Shown: positions 23,081 to 36,199 of the stretch, one piece after another
Layout: each line of letters starts with the position of its first letter
How positions within the stretch are numbered: the first letter of the stretch is position 1
Assembly: GCA_010909165.1 (NCBI GenBank)
Contig: VJWM01000192.1
Span: 310,001-374,000 of the forward strand
Length of the DNA stretch: 64,000 nt
Direction of reading: 5' to 3'
Origin: Anthoceros angustus
Lineage: Eukaryota; Plantae; Anthocerotophyta
Notes under the pieces: generated by a model
Database searches by the model: none
Told to the model about the DNA's origin: nothing
What the model saw: the letters and a program-made list of their open reading frames with translations, nothing else
Position numbers and translations under genes: made by a program

Positions 23081-25527
23081 TCAATCGTGCAACTCTTCGA
23101 AGGGTTGTGTTTCTGACCTCAGGACAATAATGTCATCATTCAAAGATTGTAGGTGAGGGTCGTCAACTTCGAGAATATGATCTGTAGGGTTTGCACTTGA
23201 AGCTGCGCCCACGCCGAACGTCTCTAAATGCTGAATGTCCCAGGTGGGATCTCTTACCACTAGGGATGTGTCTTGCTCCTCGTCGGGGTTTCTGATCCTT
23301 TCTTCGTTGCTTTCTCCTTTTTCTTTTGTGGCCCCTGGGATTGACTTAAATCTTGAAAATCGATGGGTGCGCAAGTACCTTGAGTCATATGAAGAAATCG
23401 TGCTATGGGCAAAGCCCAGAGCATGATTTCGCCTGCCAGCTCCTTCGCGAAAAACACTGGATGACCTCGCTTATGGGGTTTGGTGGTCAATTCTTCCTCA
23501 TCACTAGGGAAAATCTCATGCCCTGTTATACGTTGATCAATAAAAATGGTGCTCCTTTTCTCTTGGTCGATGGCGATGCAATTGCGGCCTTCCAATAGTG
23601 CTGCCACTATTCCGCTGTCGCTCCCTGAGCACCCATCTATCACCCACTCCCCTCTCTCAGTGAAAAGGTCATAAAGCATAACCATAAGCATTATTGGTTT
23701 CTGGTAAGGGCAAACCACATGACCATCGTTTGAAACATTCAAAAGCTTTTTCACGACGGCGTTGTGTCTGATGAAAGCGGGCATGGCTCCAATTTCCTCG
23801 ACTGCACTATTGCACAACGCATTGCATTTCCTCTCATGTTCCACTTTTGGGTGGACACCATACCCCAATGTAAAGTATTCACAATTCTCATATAGACCTT
23901 CGTCAATAACCAAATTGTCTTTCTCCCACACCATGGTATAAACACCTCCGCGCCCACACCATTTATAATATAGACCTTCGTCAATAACCAAATTGTCTTT
24001 CTCCCACACCATGGTATAAACACCTCCGCGCCCACACCATTTATGCAGCACATTCCGAACGTCTTGCATCTGATCTGGACCATGTATAAATATCACTCAA
24101 AAGGTTTTGTAGACCGTCACTATCATGAACCTGTCCATGATTTTTTCAAAATCTTCAGATGTCATTTCCTTATCCCATGATTCTGATAAATTCCCTCTTG
24201 GCAAGTCAACAACCAACAGTTTGTATTCCCGCTTTCCAAGATAGGCGGCCATTTCTTGGATATCACCGGTGATTACTTGGTACCTGAATTTTTGTTTGCT
24301 TTTTGAGACTTGCAACATGGATAGTTTAGCATCGTAGTCCTCCTCTGCTAGTTCTCTCTGAAGGTCTTCTACCCTCTTCCAGTTCCTTGCTGCGTTGATA
24401 TGCTCTTTGAAGCTATCTCGAATGACTTTTTCTTTGTACTCTTCCGGCTGCTTTAAAGTCTGCTTGCAAAAAAAATGCCTTGTGAACTGTGACGTTGATG
24501 GGAGATACGCAAACTAGCTAGTTCATGCATCCTAACTCCTAGTACCATATAGCAACAACAACAACTAATAACTTACAATGTAGTTGAAGACCGATTGAAA
24601 CTTTGCGATGTCATCCGCCGTAGAGTGCCTTGGGTACTCTCTCTCAACTTCAGCAAATGAAGTACACCGCAAACCTAAACAGAAAGCTGTTTGGATAACA
24701 TTTAACTTCTTTGCCTTTATGATCCACTTTTTTATGCCACTCACGCTTAACTCTCCCTGAATTACTTTCTCCAATGTTGAGAGCATAATACGTTCGCCTG
24801 CCTCTCCAAGAGGCATACCCTAGAATGCCCGCCAGTTCGTCCCATGCATTGGCTTTATCATGAGATTAGGCTCACGTACTGCAGGTTCTGGGTCTGGGCC
24901 TCCGCGCTTTGATTTATCTCTTTTGCTTCCCTTTTTGCGGTTTCCCTGCTCAAGCAGCTCACCTTTCTCCCAAAGGTCGAATACTTCATCCAACGTATCT
25001 CAGACATGCGCCAGGATACTCGCAATGCAGAGCACAGCAGTTTTTTGGTCTACAAACCACTGCATATCTTCTCGGTCTGCGGCATCGCCTATAACGCCAA
25101 GCATCCTGTAAAGATTGTGTTTCCATTCGATAGTAATGTTGATGCCATCCTCAGCTGTAATCTTCTTCTCATCGTAGATGTATCGAACTTGCTCGATGAA
25201 AGACATCCGCTTTCTGATATTTGCCTTAACATTGTGATCCGTGGCCAATCATCTCATCTCGGCTTGCGTCAGCCCGGTATAGATATGGGCTTCCATAAAT
25301 TGGTAGTGCGAATTCTCCGGGTCTTCGACATATAGTCTTTGGAAAGCATAGGAGCTGTGATTTCCACCTAAGACTCCCATAGTGTGTTGTTGTTTCTTCA
25401 GCTTATCCTTATCATAGTTCTCAACCGTTGAGCACTCTCTTGGGTCTATCATACAAAGCAGGGGGAGACTCCTTCTTGCTCTGGTCCCTTTTTTATTTCT
25501 CGGAGAAGATGCTTTCCCCAAGACTCA
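23081..25527 (-). pseudogene. ParB/Srx-like domain + beta-class N6A/N4C DNA methyltransferase fusion, copy 1 (5'-truncated, nonsense mutations)
   Basis: LPLLCMID..MGVLGGNHSSYAFQRL..EAHIYTGLTQAEMR*LATDHN..RKRMSFIEQVRY (ParB-like). Then YKLLVVDLPRG (motif IV position), VWEK, and CPYQKPIMLMVMLYDLFTERGEWVIDGCSGSDSGIVAALLEGRNCIAIDQE (motifs X-I-II). Phase-0 GT-AG intron 24576-24460. Confidence 0.8.
23890..24044. repeat. 78-nt in-frame tandem duplication within the MTase domain
   Basis: KWCGRGGVYTMVWEKDNLVIDEGLY occurs twice; units start at 23890 and 23968. Confidence 0.95.
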
Positions 25528-25720
25528 TGTTGTGGTGGGAGGTTCCTGGGACCCTGTGGACTGTGGACTTCCCTTGGGAATTAAGAAATAAGTAGGGTTT
25601 TGTTTTTTTCGTAGGAGCAGAGGATAAAATAAGGCGGAAAAGGAGGAATAAGCACGGATAGCACTCCGGACTGCACTCCGGAGTATACTCCGGACTGCGG
25701 AGTGGGCAACGTACCCCGGA
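25528..25720 (+). mobile_element. LTR-start fragment related to 15200-15392, inserted into MTase copy 1
   Basis: Begins TGTTG exactly where the ParB-like coding similarity stops. ACTTCCCTTGGGAATTAAGAAATAAGTAGGGTTTTG..TAAAATAAGGCG..ACTCCGGACTGCACTCCG matches the reverse complement of 15250-15375. Confidence 0.7.
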
Positions 25721-26265
25721 CCTACTATGGCAACTGGACGGCCTATTGTGAGGGTGCATATCGGAAGTTTGGAGCACCATTTGTTTATGCACACTATGTT
25801 TGACAATTAGCCTGTGGCTAGTCGGTATGTTTTGTATGGCAGATTCCCTTCACCATGTTTCTGCTCAAGGAGTGGTTGGCCCAATTTCACAAGATGAAGA
25901 TAGGCAAGTATATTGTGGGATGGCCAAGGTAGTTAAACTGCCTTACTTACATATTTTGTGTAGGATACGTTCAGTGGAACACTGAGTTTGCTCAAGCTTT
26001 CTATACTCTCCAGGCTGCTGACCAGGATCACATGCAAGCAGTGACTTTATCCGCCTTCAGTTGGGGGCATCTTTCAAGATCAAAGCTAAGGCGATGTATG
26101 AAGACGAGGAGGATGATCTCCGTGTTCCTCCTCCCCTACCAATTTATGAGACCAGCATTTTGAAGTGGTAAACTGCTCGTTGGTTCGACAATTGCTGACT
26201 TGATGCAAAAACTTGTTCTCTGTTCTCTTTTGTTCACCCATTTCTGTAGGGGGGCTATTAGTGGC

Positions 26266-27125
26266 TTTAGGATTTTGCCAGATAGTTTTTCTTCTGTTTT
26301 TCCTTGTTCCTGGACATCTTGGGTTGAGCCTATTTTGCAGGCTCATCCAAACTTTGAAGCTTTGGTGCTTCTTTTGTTAGCCATGTATGCTTGAGTGTGG
26401 CCAAGGACAGCTATGCTGCCTCACAGCGCGACAGCTGTCATGGCATGAACCGACCATTGGCTATGTACATAAATAAAGATGATAGGATTTAGGCCGCGTA
26501 GCTAGGATGGGATGTGGATGCATATCATGTGTATGGATGACATATGCATGTGGATGATGGATGGCATGTGGCATGCTGGATGGCCATGGACATATAGATG
26601 TGTCTATAGATATTTAGATTAATTTTACATCTTAGGATATCTACAAAAAAGACAAGTATATCTAAAAGATATTTAGAATAGAAAGAAATATTAAGCAGGC
26701 TATTATTGTGCTAAGACGATAAGATAGCGAGATATGAGATAGCCCAAGGCTATTATATATCTGTATGTATGCTGCTGGTCCAAATAGAATTGGATTAATA
26801 GATGTCTACTATGAAAGATTATCTTAAGAATAATAAAGACACAGATATTCTTGTCCCACACCTTATTCCTATTTCCATTGTATAGTGTTGGTTGCGGCAA
26901 GCATCTCAACAAGGGCTGGGACTTCCCTTATTTTCTTGTTAGCTGTTTTAGGATTTTGCCAGATAGCTTTTCCTTTGTTTTTCCCTGTTCCTGAACATCT
27001 TGGGTTGAGCCTATTTTGCAGGCTAATCCAAACCTTGAAGCTTTGTTTCTTCTTTTGTTAGCCATGTATGCGGTCGGTGTGGCCATGAATAGCTATGCTG
27101 CCTCACCGCACGACCTACATCATGG
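26266..27125. repeat. ~180-nt direct repeats (26266-26448, 26947-27125) around an AT-rich spacer
   Basis: TTTAGGATTTTGCCAGATAG...AGCTATGCTGCCTCAC occurs twice with scattered substitutions. Confidence 0.85.
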
Positions 27126-28004
27126 TAGAAACTCTGGCACGCGCACCTTCCTTGGAATTTAGTTACCCTGCTTGCTTGGAATGTCGAGAAAGCCCGTTAG
27201 ACTGCTTTTGAAAATAATTCATTGCAGCAGGCAAAGCGATTGCTGAAGCAAGAAATGAACACACAACAAGTTTCTTGTTAACATCATGCTCTACTGAATC
27301 TTGTTGGGAGTCCACCTCCATATAGGTGCCCATGCTGCACGTGAAATCACTGTCCTCAAAAGCCGCACGCTCAGCTGCAAGATGGACTGGCACTCCAAGT
27401 GATGAGTGAACGGTCGCACCCCAAGGATGAGTAGCCGACTTGCATCAATGCTTATTTTCAAGAACGAACCGACATCGCGGAGAGTGGCAAGTGGTTTTGA
27501 TGGACATCAAGTTGCAAAATGTTATCGTAATTATCGTCCCTCATGGAAAGCGGCCTTAAGCCTTTGAAGTTTATGAAATGCCTCGTCGGATCCCCGCCGT
27601 CACGACGTGTGCCAGGTTCCCTCGCGCAAGGCGACTGTGCGCGTAATTTATGTATGTATGTGAAGAAGCACTAGTGATTTTTAAGTGAAATCTGTCTACT
27701 GAACCCTAGTTTTTTTAATTTTTAAATGTAAAAAATTTATGAAACTTCCAATTGGCACACCTGCCAAATGGGACCTCAAGAGCCACTGCCATATAGGTAC
27801 CTAGTCCCAATTAGAAGGTGGACTGTATATTGGAAATGTGGAGGTAATGACAGTGTCACAACGGGTTTTGTCAGTGTAAAATTCTCAGCTCTACACGAAC
27901 TCGCCCATCGTGTTTGTTTCGCCCTAGCCACTGCTTCTTTTCAGGTGGCGTGAGTTGATGCAGTTAGCATCGCTTCTGCTTTATGTTTATTAGCTTTGAA
28001 GGCC

Positions 28005-31000
28005 ATGGCCCAGGTGAAGGTTGGCAGGGACAAAGTGGAGATGGAGGATTTCGTCCTCAGGCGAGTGCTGCAAGTCTCTCTAGACCCCGTGTCTAGTTTG
28101 CCGCCTTGCGTATATCTGGAGCAGCTGGCAGCCGAGCTCTTGAGCGAAAACCGCCCTCTTCTGCTCAATAGGGGCCTTGTGGAGAGAGTGGTGACGGCAA
28201 GGTTGCAGTATGGCTCTGACCCAGCGTTTTTTTATTTGGTGGGTTGTTTCCGGCGGGCACTCGAGGAAGGCCGAAAGATGCAAACAATCAAGGACAAGGT
28301 TGTTCTTGGAGAGATTCAGGATGCACTCCGTCAAGCTAAGGAGTTGGCTGTGTCATATTCTGGGATTCTTCTTTTGCACCCTGATATGTTTCCTCAACCA
28401 GCTAGGCTGACTCAAACGACCACTTCGCCTCTGCTATCCCTCATAATTGCTGAGGTCTCTCCTTCTGTTTGTGGTGCCCTTGAGGAAAGAAACAGTGGGA
28501 TTGGCAGCATGCCAGAAGAAAAGTTGCCTCCGGGCTTTCTTGATCACTTTCTTCTTCGTTTTGCAGATGAGGGTTTAGATGATATTCTTAGCCAGGTGTT
28601 TATGGATTTGCACGGATGTGTCATAAGGCTCTCCCCTTTAGGACCGTTTCAGGCTCCTCTCAGAGCACTGGCTTTGCTGGTATCTCATCAAGTTGTTGCA
28701 CAATCACTTGTTAAGCATCCTATGTGGCTTCCAAAAGGGGATCATGTTAATGGCAGGTCTTTGGAACGTAGCAGTCTGCTTGGACCCTTCTTTAGCATAG
28801 CTGCAATCCCAGATCACCCCAGGTTTAGCAGTGGCCAGCCGTCTGTCGGGTAATCTTCTACTCACAACTCCCAATCTTGTGTCTCCTATCGTTCTGTCAT
28901 GTTCACAGGATGCCCATGCACAGCTCACTGCCTCTGTTTAGTCTCACGTACAAATGTAGTGGTTTCCACAGCCTGCAATCTACTATTCTGTATTGAGTGT
29001 TCATCTTACCTGTTAGGGGGCAGTGTGACCCTTTAGTAAGGGTGATTTGTCTTCTGAAGTGAGCTTTCTCTTTTATTGCTTTGCACATTCAGGCAACAAT
29101 GCTTTTCTGATGCTACATCCCGACGGCCAGCAGACCTCATGTCCTCATTTGCAACCCTTAAGACTGTCCTGAACCAACTCTACACTGGTTTGCACGAGAT
29201 CCTGCTGAAGCTTTTGAAGTCTGCAGAGACAAGAGAGCCTGTCCTTCACTACCTGGCAGGTGTAATTAAGAAGAATGGCGCACGTGGACAGATGCAGGTC
29301 GAGCTGTGACTGCAGCAGAAAAATCTGGCTTTAAGATCTCACCCTTGCAAACTTGATTCCGTTTACTACACCAGCTCTGAGTCAGTCTGTTATTTCTGCA
29401 GGCAAATCCTTTTCAGAATGCGAGCAGTGGCATGTTCGTGAGCTTAAGTGCTGTGATGTTGAGGCTGTGCGGTCCTTTTCTTGATCCGGGACTTACAAAG
29501 AAGGACAAGATCGACTTTACTTACGTCCATCGAAATGGGCGTATTGGTTTCAGGTAATGCTTGCTTCCATTATATGTTTATCGCACTGGAACTCTGTGTT
29601 GGGTGGCATACGGGATACTGTAGTATGTCTCAGGGTGCTGTGCCATGAATCCAAGTAGTGCTGCCTTTCGTTCGTCATCTTGTCACATTTCATCTGGAGC
29701 TAGCTGGCTTTGCTGTTACTATGATGGATTAGATGAACCTGCATAGAGTTGTGTGCTTCCCATTTAAATTATTCTGCTTTTAGTACTGTGACAACATTTT
29801 CCATTGATTTAGCATTTCTATTACGCGTCGAAGGTCCCACGGTGTATAATTGTAGACCTGGTTGTTGGAGACCTGCAGTGACTTGACTGCCATCTATGCT
29901 ACCTCAGAGGAGGTTGCCCAGTGGGTGCAGACTTCTGGAATTAGGAGGCTAGGAAAGGAGGAGCCAAATCCTGGACAAGGACCATCTCAAGTAGCATCAA
30001 CGTCCATGATCAATTCTATACCTTCAGCCTCTGCTGGTGCCCCAGCCCTGGCCAAATCACAGTACTCATTCATCTGTGAGTGCTTCTTCTTCACAGCAAG
30101 AGTACTCAACTTGGGTCTGTTAAAGGCTCTTTCAGACTTCAAGAGCTTAGTGCAGGTTAGCAGCATCCACCTGGTGTTTATCGTGGTGTGAACTGTGGCT
30201 GCATTTGTTCAACCTCGTGTTTGACTAGTTCACCCAGTGCACGCAATTCTTATTATTTTGAGATATTAGAAAACACTATCGTTGGAATGATAGTAAGCCC
30301 CTCAGTGATTTGGATGCATTCATTTATCAAGTTTGATACATTAAAGTGCAGGAGCTTTCAAGACTATCAGATGCTTCCCATCGAGTGGATGGACCTGTCC
30401 CAGAGTTGGAGGCCCTATCACAGGAGAAATACTGCTATGAGGCGCAGCTTGTTAAGGTAGTAGTATGGTTGGAAGTCTGGATAGTAGCTCAGTTTTGGGC
30501 GTATTATGTTATGTAGCTTTTGGGTGAGCTTGCTATTGTTGCCATCTGCTTTCTTACTACGCCTAGCAATGTGCCCCCCCCTTTTTTTTGTAACTCCCGT
30601 AAGCTTGCTATTCAACTGAGGTAGGACCAAGATAATACAAAGTTCAGTCCCTGTGCTTTCCAACCGAAGCACAGGTGGTGGTTTGAATGCTGGTCGGTTT
30701 TGGTCTGCAGGATGAAGAGCTTTTGCATCAGGCCTTGAGTTTCTACAGGTTAATGGTAGTCTGGCTTGCAAGTTTGGTTGGTGGTTTTGTAATGCCTCTA
30801 CCCACTCCATGTCCGATGGAGTTTGCCTCCATGCCTGAGCATTTTATTGAAGACTCCCTGGAGTTTCTCCTATTTGCCTCTCGTATTCCAAGAGCTCTAG
30901 AAGGGGTGATGCTGGTGAGCATGTGGTTCTTTCTGCTGATTTTTTGTTTGCTTAGCACTGTAACCAAAATAGTGTGGCAGGAGACTTCTGTTATGTAGCT

Positions 31001-33279
31001 TATCACAATGCTATGGCCAACAGTCGAAGAAGTCCGTGTGCCCTGGAATGCAGTTTCTTCCGCGCTTGTTGTTCCCTGACGTCCTGGCCTTTGTGACTCT
31101 TCTTCAGGACGACTTCATGAGCTTTATTGTAATCTTTATGGGCAGCCCTCTCCATGTGAAAAATCCATATCTTAGGGCCAAAATGGTGGAAGTCCTGAGT
31201 GCATGGATTCCATCAAAGAGGTTAGTTCTTCCAAGGTTTAGTGTGATCACGGCTAGGATATTGCTATTGTCGAGGGCAAGCAGGCCAATTTCTTATACTC
31301 CTTGCTCATTGCAGCTATTCTCCTGGTTTGAAGAGCTCCATGGCTTCTCTCTTCGAGGGGCATGATCTTGCATTGCAGTATTTGGTACCAAATCTGTTAA
31401 AACTACATGTAGACATTGAATTCACTGGCTCTCACACACAGGTAGTTCCCCTGAGTTGGTGTAAGTGTCCTGCTTTTCTTTTTGCAGAAAGCAAAGGTTT
31501 GAGCTGAGCAGAGAACTCCCTCATTCGCTGATGTGTTGTCCTTCTTTCTACAGTTCTATGATAAATTCAACATCAGGCACAATATTGCAGAGATACTTGA
31601 GTATCTCTGGGGTGTACCTAGTCATCAGAACGCATGGAAAAGGGTATGCCTTCTTTGTCACGGAAATTGATGGGGCATAAGTGAACACAAAAGTGTTCGA
31701 GACAGGGAACTATGTTTGAGATTAGCGGAAATTCATAAATGGCTGCTTTACAAATGCCAGAAGATCAAAGCCTGACATGTGTCTCATGAACAGATAGCTG
31801 TAACTGAGGAGAGAGGCTCTTACTTGAAGTTTCTCAACCTGCTGATCAACGACAGCATCTTTCTTTTAGATGAAAGTTTGAAGAAGATGCCTGAACTCAA
31901 AGAGTTGGAGGCTGAAATGGGAAATGCTGGTGATTGGGGCCGTTTATCAGCACAGGAGAGGCGGGAAAGGACTCGGCATTTTCATCAGCAGGAAAATGTG
32001 GGGTCATAAGTTAATGATTCTGTGCTAGGCAACACTGTTTGTAGTAGCCGACTAAGCAGTTTCTGTTGAAATTAACAGATAGTGCGCATCGACATGACTT
32101 TGGCTAATGAGAACGTCAATATGCTTCAGTATACCTCCAGGGAGATCACAGCTCCATTCCTTCTCCCTGAACTGGTACGTCAGGCTGTTTGTGACTTTCA
32201 GTAGCTTCCAGCACTCAGCAGGGTGAAATGTGGAATGTGCTCTCCATATCTTCCCTATTACTTCTCTCTCATTTAGAGGTTGATAATTCCCTGCTATGTA
32301 GCACAAATATGGTTGGAACCCTAATGTTCTGCCGTTGTCATCTCTGGCAACACAATTTCAGGTAGAACGGGTTGCAGCTATGCTGAATTACTTTCTTCTG
32401 CAACTTGTTGGGCCTCAGCGAAAAGCTCTTAAGGTGAAGGAACCTGAGAAGTATGAGTTCAGACCTAAGGAGCTGCTTGCACAGGTAAGTTGTGGGGAAT
32501 AGTTTGCTTACGTATTATGCTGGCATTTTTGGTCAGTTGACTTTTTTGGTGTGCTAATGATGTTCATGTACGTTGTTGCAAAGATTGTTAACATATACGT
32601 CAACCTTTCAAGAGGAGATGTCGAAGGAGTTTTTCCCAAGGCAATTTCATGTGATGGCCGCTCCTACAGGGATGAGGTATGAGATTGCCATTGGTATGTC
32701 TCATTTGCATTTCTTGGCAGCGGTGCTCATCAAGTGACTATTGCGCGAGTTGGCAGTTATTTGGCGAAGCAGCTGGTGTTTTAAGCAAGAGTCAACCACA
32801 GGAGATCATTCAAGAATTTGAGGCTCTAGGCTTGCAAGCCCGAGCGGCTGCAACTGAGGCAATGGACACAGAGGCACTGCTTGGGGACATCCCTGAGGAA
32901 TTTCTTGATCCCATTCAGGTACGCATTCCACAATCCCATCTTAGGGGATTCGTGCAATTTGAACTATGAGATGGAACGTGCTGTCTTGGTTGCAGTACAC
33001 TTTAATGAAGGATCCGGTGATTCTACCTTCATCCAAGGCGATAGTGGATCGTTCCACTATACAGCGGCACTTACTCAGCGATCAGGTATTGCACACAAAA
33101 CAATTGTAAATTGTGCAACTAGTTCATGGCCAGAGAAGGCAGGGTACATCGCTCACTGTCTGAAACTGCCCTTGCAGACCGATCCTTTTAACAGGTCTCT
33201 GCTGACACCCGATATGCTCATACCGGATACGGCATTGAGGGCCAAGATTGAAGAGTTTATATCGTTGCATCGTCAATAG
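28005..33279 (+). CDS. UFD2: U-box ubiquitin conjugation factor E4 (UFD2/UBE4, plant PUB1-type), about 16 exons
   Basis: Exon peptides [66 protein letters not shown] and U-box [31 protein letters not shown]. Canonical GT-AG introns; ATG 28005, TAG 33277-33279. Confidence 0.97.
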
Positions 33280-33951
33280 TCCCGTGAGCTGTCGTCTCAA
33301 GGCGGTGGAGCACACTAGAATTACGTAGGGTGGTCGGTTGAATTGCATGTACAGTGGTTTTTAAAATTGGCCAGTTACCAATCCCTCAGTACATATCAAG
33401 AATTTCTTTCGCCACGAGCGGAAATGCAATTGAAGTGCTCGCCATGATGCTGGCACTGTGGTGCGTTCAAAAATTTTCGCCTAATAAGGTCGTTGCTAAA
33501 TGCTGTGAAGCATACTGTTTTCAGGAACAACCATTAACATAGCATGCTTGGTTTACGCATTACCCTCAAAGTCAGCTCAAGGACGGTGAACCACACTGGC
33601 TACCTTATCGGAACACCATTTACAAGGTGCCTCGATGAACCGTACAAGAACGAGCTTACAAAATCTGGTTTTGCTCTGAGGTCACACAACCACGAGGAGA
33701 TTGGATAGCCAGACTACGCGCAGGGATAGAGCATGTGGATTGATGTCACGTTCCTGCTGTACGCCATACCAAGTTCTCCACCGAGTGTTCCGAGTACATC
33801 ACCAGCCAGGCAATATGCCAAGATGCTAGTGGTAGTATTAGCAAATACCTCTGCAAAAGATCCAGATCATGCTCATGCCTGCTGAAATTCTAGGTCCTGC
33901 TCGCCATTGGTCTGATCACTAAGCCGAAGGCCACATGATTTTTGTGCACCA

Positions 33952-36199
33952 TTAAAGACCCATTTTGCGAGAACAGCGATGTGTGATATTCGCTATAACA
34001 AATCCAGCAAAGACCTGTATAATTGCATGACCATATGTAACCAAATCAGACGTGTCCAGAAGGAAGTGCTTGTGAAAAGGAAATGCCCCAGCCACAACAA
34101 ACAGACCTGTATTGAACCCAGAACATAAATAGCTGAATAATGCCGACCATGCACAGCAACGTCCGCAAGCATGGCCAACGGGATTGTCAAGGACATGCCA
34201 AGAGTGGCAACAAGAGGAGTTGTCCAGACCACAGACAAAGCCCTGTCCAGAGCAACAAGCGAGGTGAAGAAAAGCAAGACAGTAAATACATGGAGCTTGA
34301 AAATGGTTCAAACTTTAGCACAAGCAAATTTTGTTAACCCACTTACGATGTGCATACCAGAAATAATCAGATACTACACTTCCAAGAAACCCATTGGCAA
34401 GTAAAACTTCATCAAGCTTCCAAGTGGTGGGAATGCTGAAAGTAGGTTCCAAGCCCAACATATGTAGAGGCCAAACTGTAAGAGAACCGTTCATGAGTCA
34501 GTCTGATCTGTAACCCCGTGAACAGTAAGCGCACAACAAGTCAACTTCATGATAGACAAGCACACGGGAGCATCAATCACAACCTTCAGAAAAATCACTA
34601 GTCATCAATTCAAGCTTTCATTGATTGTCCTCACCTAGCCACCAAAGACCACAGAGAGTGAAGAGGCCTATGTAGCCAAAGACTTTTTGCATATCAACAT
34701 TGCCACCTTCCTCACCAGCATGCTTCTTCAGCAGAACTGAAATGGACACCCATGTACACACACAGATTGCTCACATGAGTACAAAAACAATGCCAACAAA
34801 ATCCGGCTGTGTCATGTCCACCATAAGAAAAGTATGCATTATGTTTTATGGAGCCTGCATTTTATTTGCCAAATGTCATCTACAGTACAAGACATAGGAC
34901 AAACCTGTGAATATGCCATAGGATGCAGCTGAGAGAAGACCCAGTGCATCACCCAAGAGGGAGTGCCCAGCACTGCAATCATAAAGACAATCACTTAGCC
35001 TCTCTGCGAGCTTGCCTCTGATGGAGAATTGAGAAACCTGAAAATCATAGAACTGATTCCCTCAAGAGCAAGCAGCAGTCTATTATCACAAGGCACCCCT
35101 GTTCAAAGTTAGATGAAGAGCTGCTTGCTAGCCATGGACCATTACCAGCCCCATGACAAGCTCAGTCTAAAAGCCATCCACATCAAACCATGACGATTTC
35201 CGAGGGGAATGACAGGGAAAACATACTCCTCAAGAGTGACTTGGGAATCGTCTGCTGCCCACGTCTTGCCGAGGGTTGTCATGGCAACCCCTGTAATGCT
35301 CACGAGCACTGCTATTGCCTTAACTATGTCAAATGAATCTTGACCTAGTATGATTGAAAACATAAGTGTGAAAAGGCCCGCAGTTGAAGATAAAATAGTT
35401 GTGCTTGCAACACTTGTGTAAGCCAGAGCTGCATTGGACAGATACTGCAAAACCAAGAGAAACGGCGTTGCGTTCTGTTAGGCAACTTGTCCAGGAGATC
35501 GTAGTCCAGCCCTCGGGATGCCAAAAGAATTGTTCTTTGGAAGGGAAAAAGGAAAAGGAAAGTCAAACATTTGGCAAAGGCAGAAAGAGCAGAATGGTAC
35601 CTCTGTAAAAAACCAAAGTGGTGCAATGCAAAAGCTCATCCGCATGAGCTCCCAAGGCGTGAATTGCACTGGAGCTCGTCGGCGGAACTCTTCTGCATTC
35701 TTCACTACCAGTGCACGACCCTCTTCTTCATCATCCATCTCAAACGTGCTGTCCGTGATCATGACAAAAGGCTGCGAGTCGTCACCCTGCAACCTCAGCA
35801 GTCCATTGGCCTTAACTGGCGAGTCTGGCAAATCTTCGAGGCCTATACTACTGTCCCGCCTTTGGATAGCGGTGTTCTTCCGAAGACAGCCGGAAATTCG
35901 ATCCTTCAAGAGGGCCAGAGGTAGATAAACAACCAGCAGAGAAGCTCCTAAGTAGGTGAGGGCAAAAGGGTGTCTGTATTTGTCGAAAATGCTCTGCAAA
36001 TCATCCAAGAGCAAGGCACGGCAACGCAAGGTCAGTAACAAGCCCGGAGGAGGCACCGGAGTCGGAGAGCATAAAAGATCTGCCCAGCGCATCGATGGGA
36101 GGTGATACCATATGATACCTGGGTGACCTCCGCGGATGTGACCCAGATGAGAACAACGCTGCCAATGAGCATGAGACCGGCCTTATACCGCCACCCCAT
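33952..36199 (-). CDS. SLC35F5/THI74-like EamA (DMT) family membrane transporter, multi-exon
   Basis: Exon 1 MGWRYKAGLMLIGSVVLIWVTSAEVTQ; later HPFALTYLGASLLVVYLP, YLSNAALAYTSVASTTILSSTAGLFTL, ALSVVWTTPLVATLGMSLTIPLAM; last exon VFAGFVIANITHRCSRKMGL*. Confidence 0.93.

Noticed and set aside
23081-25527. Bacterial contamination or a restriction-modification operon as the source of the MTase
   Set aside because: Spliceosomal intron conserved in both copies, plant retroelement inserted in the gene, no cognate nuclease or operon structure.
15250-25720. Inverted repeats 15250-15392 / 25528-25720 as TIRs of one large element
   Set aside because: Each interrupts a different target (copia RNase H, MTase), they are diverged and their TG termini face inward; better explained as independent insertions of related LTR ends.
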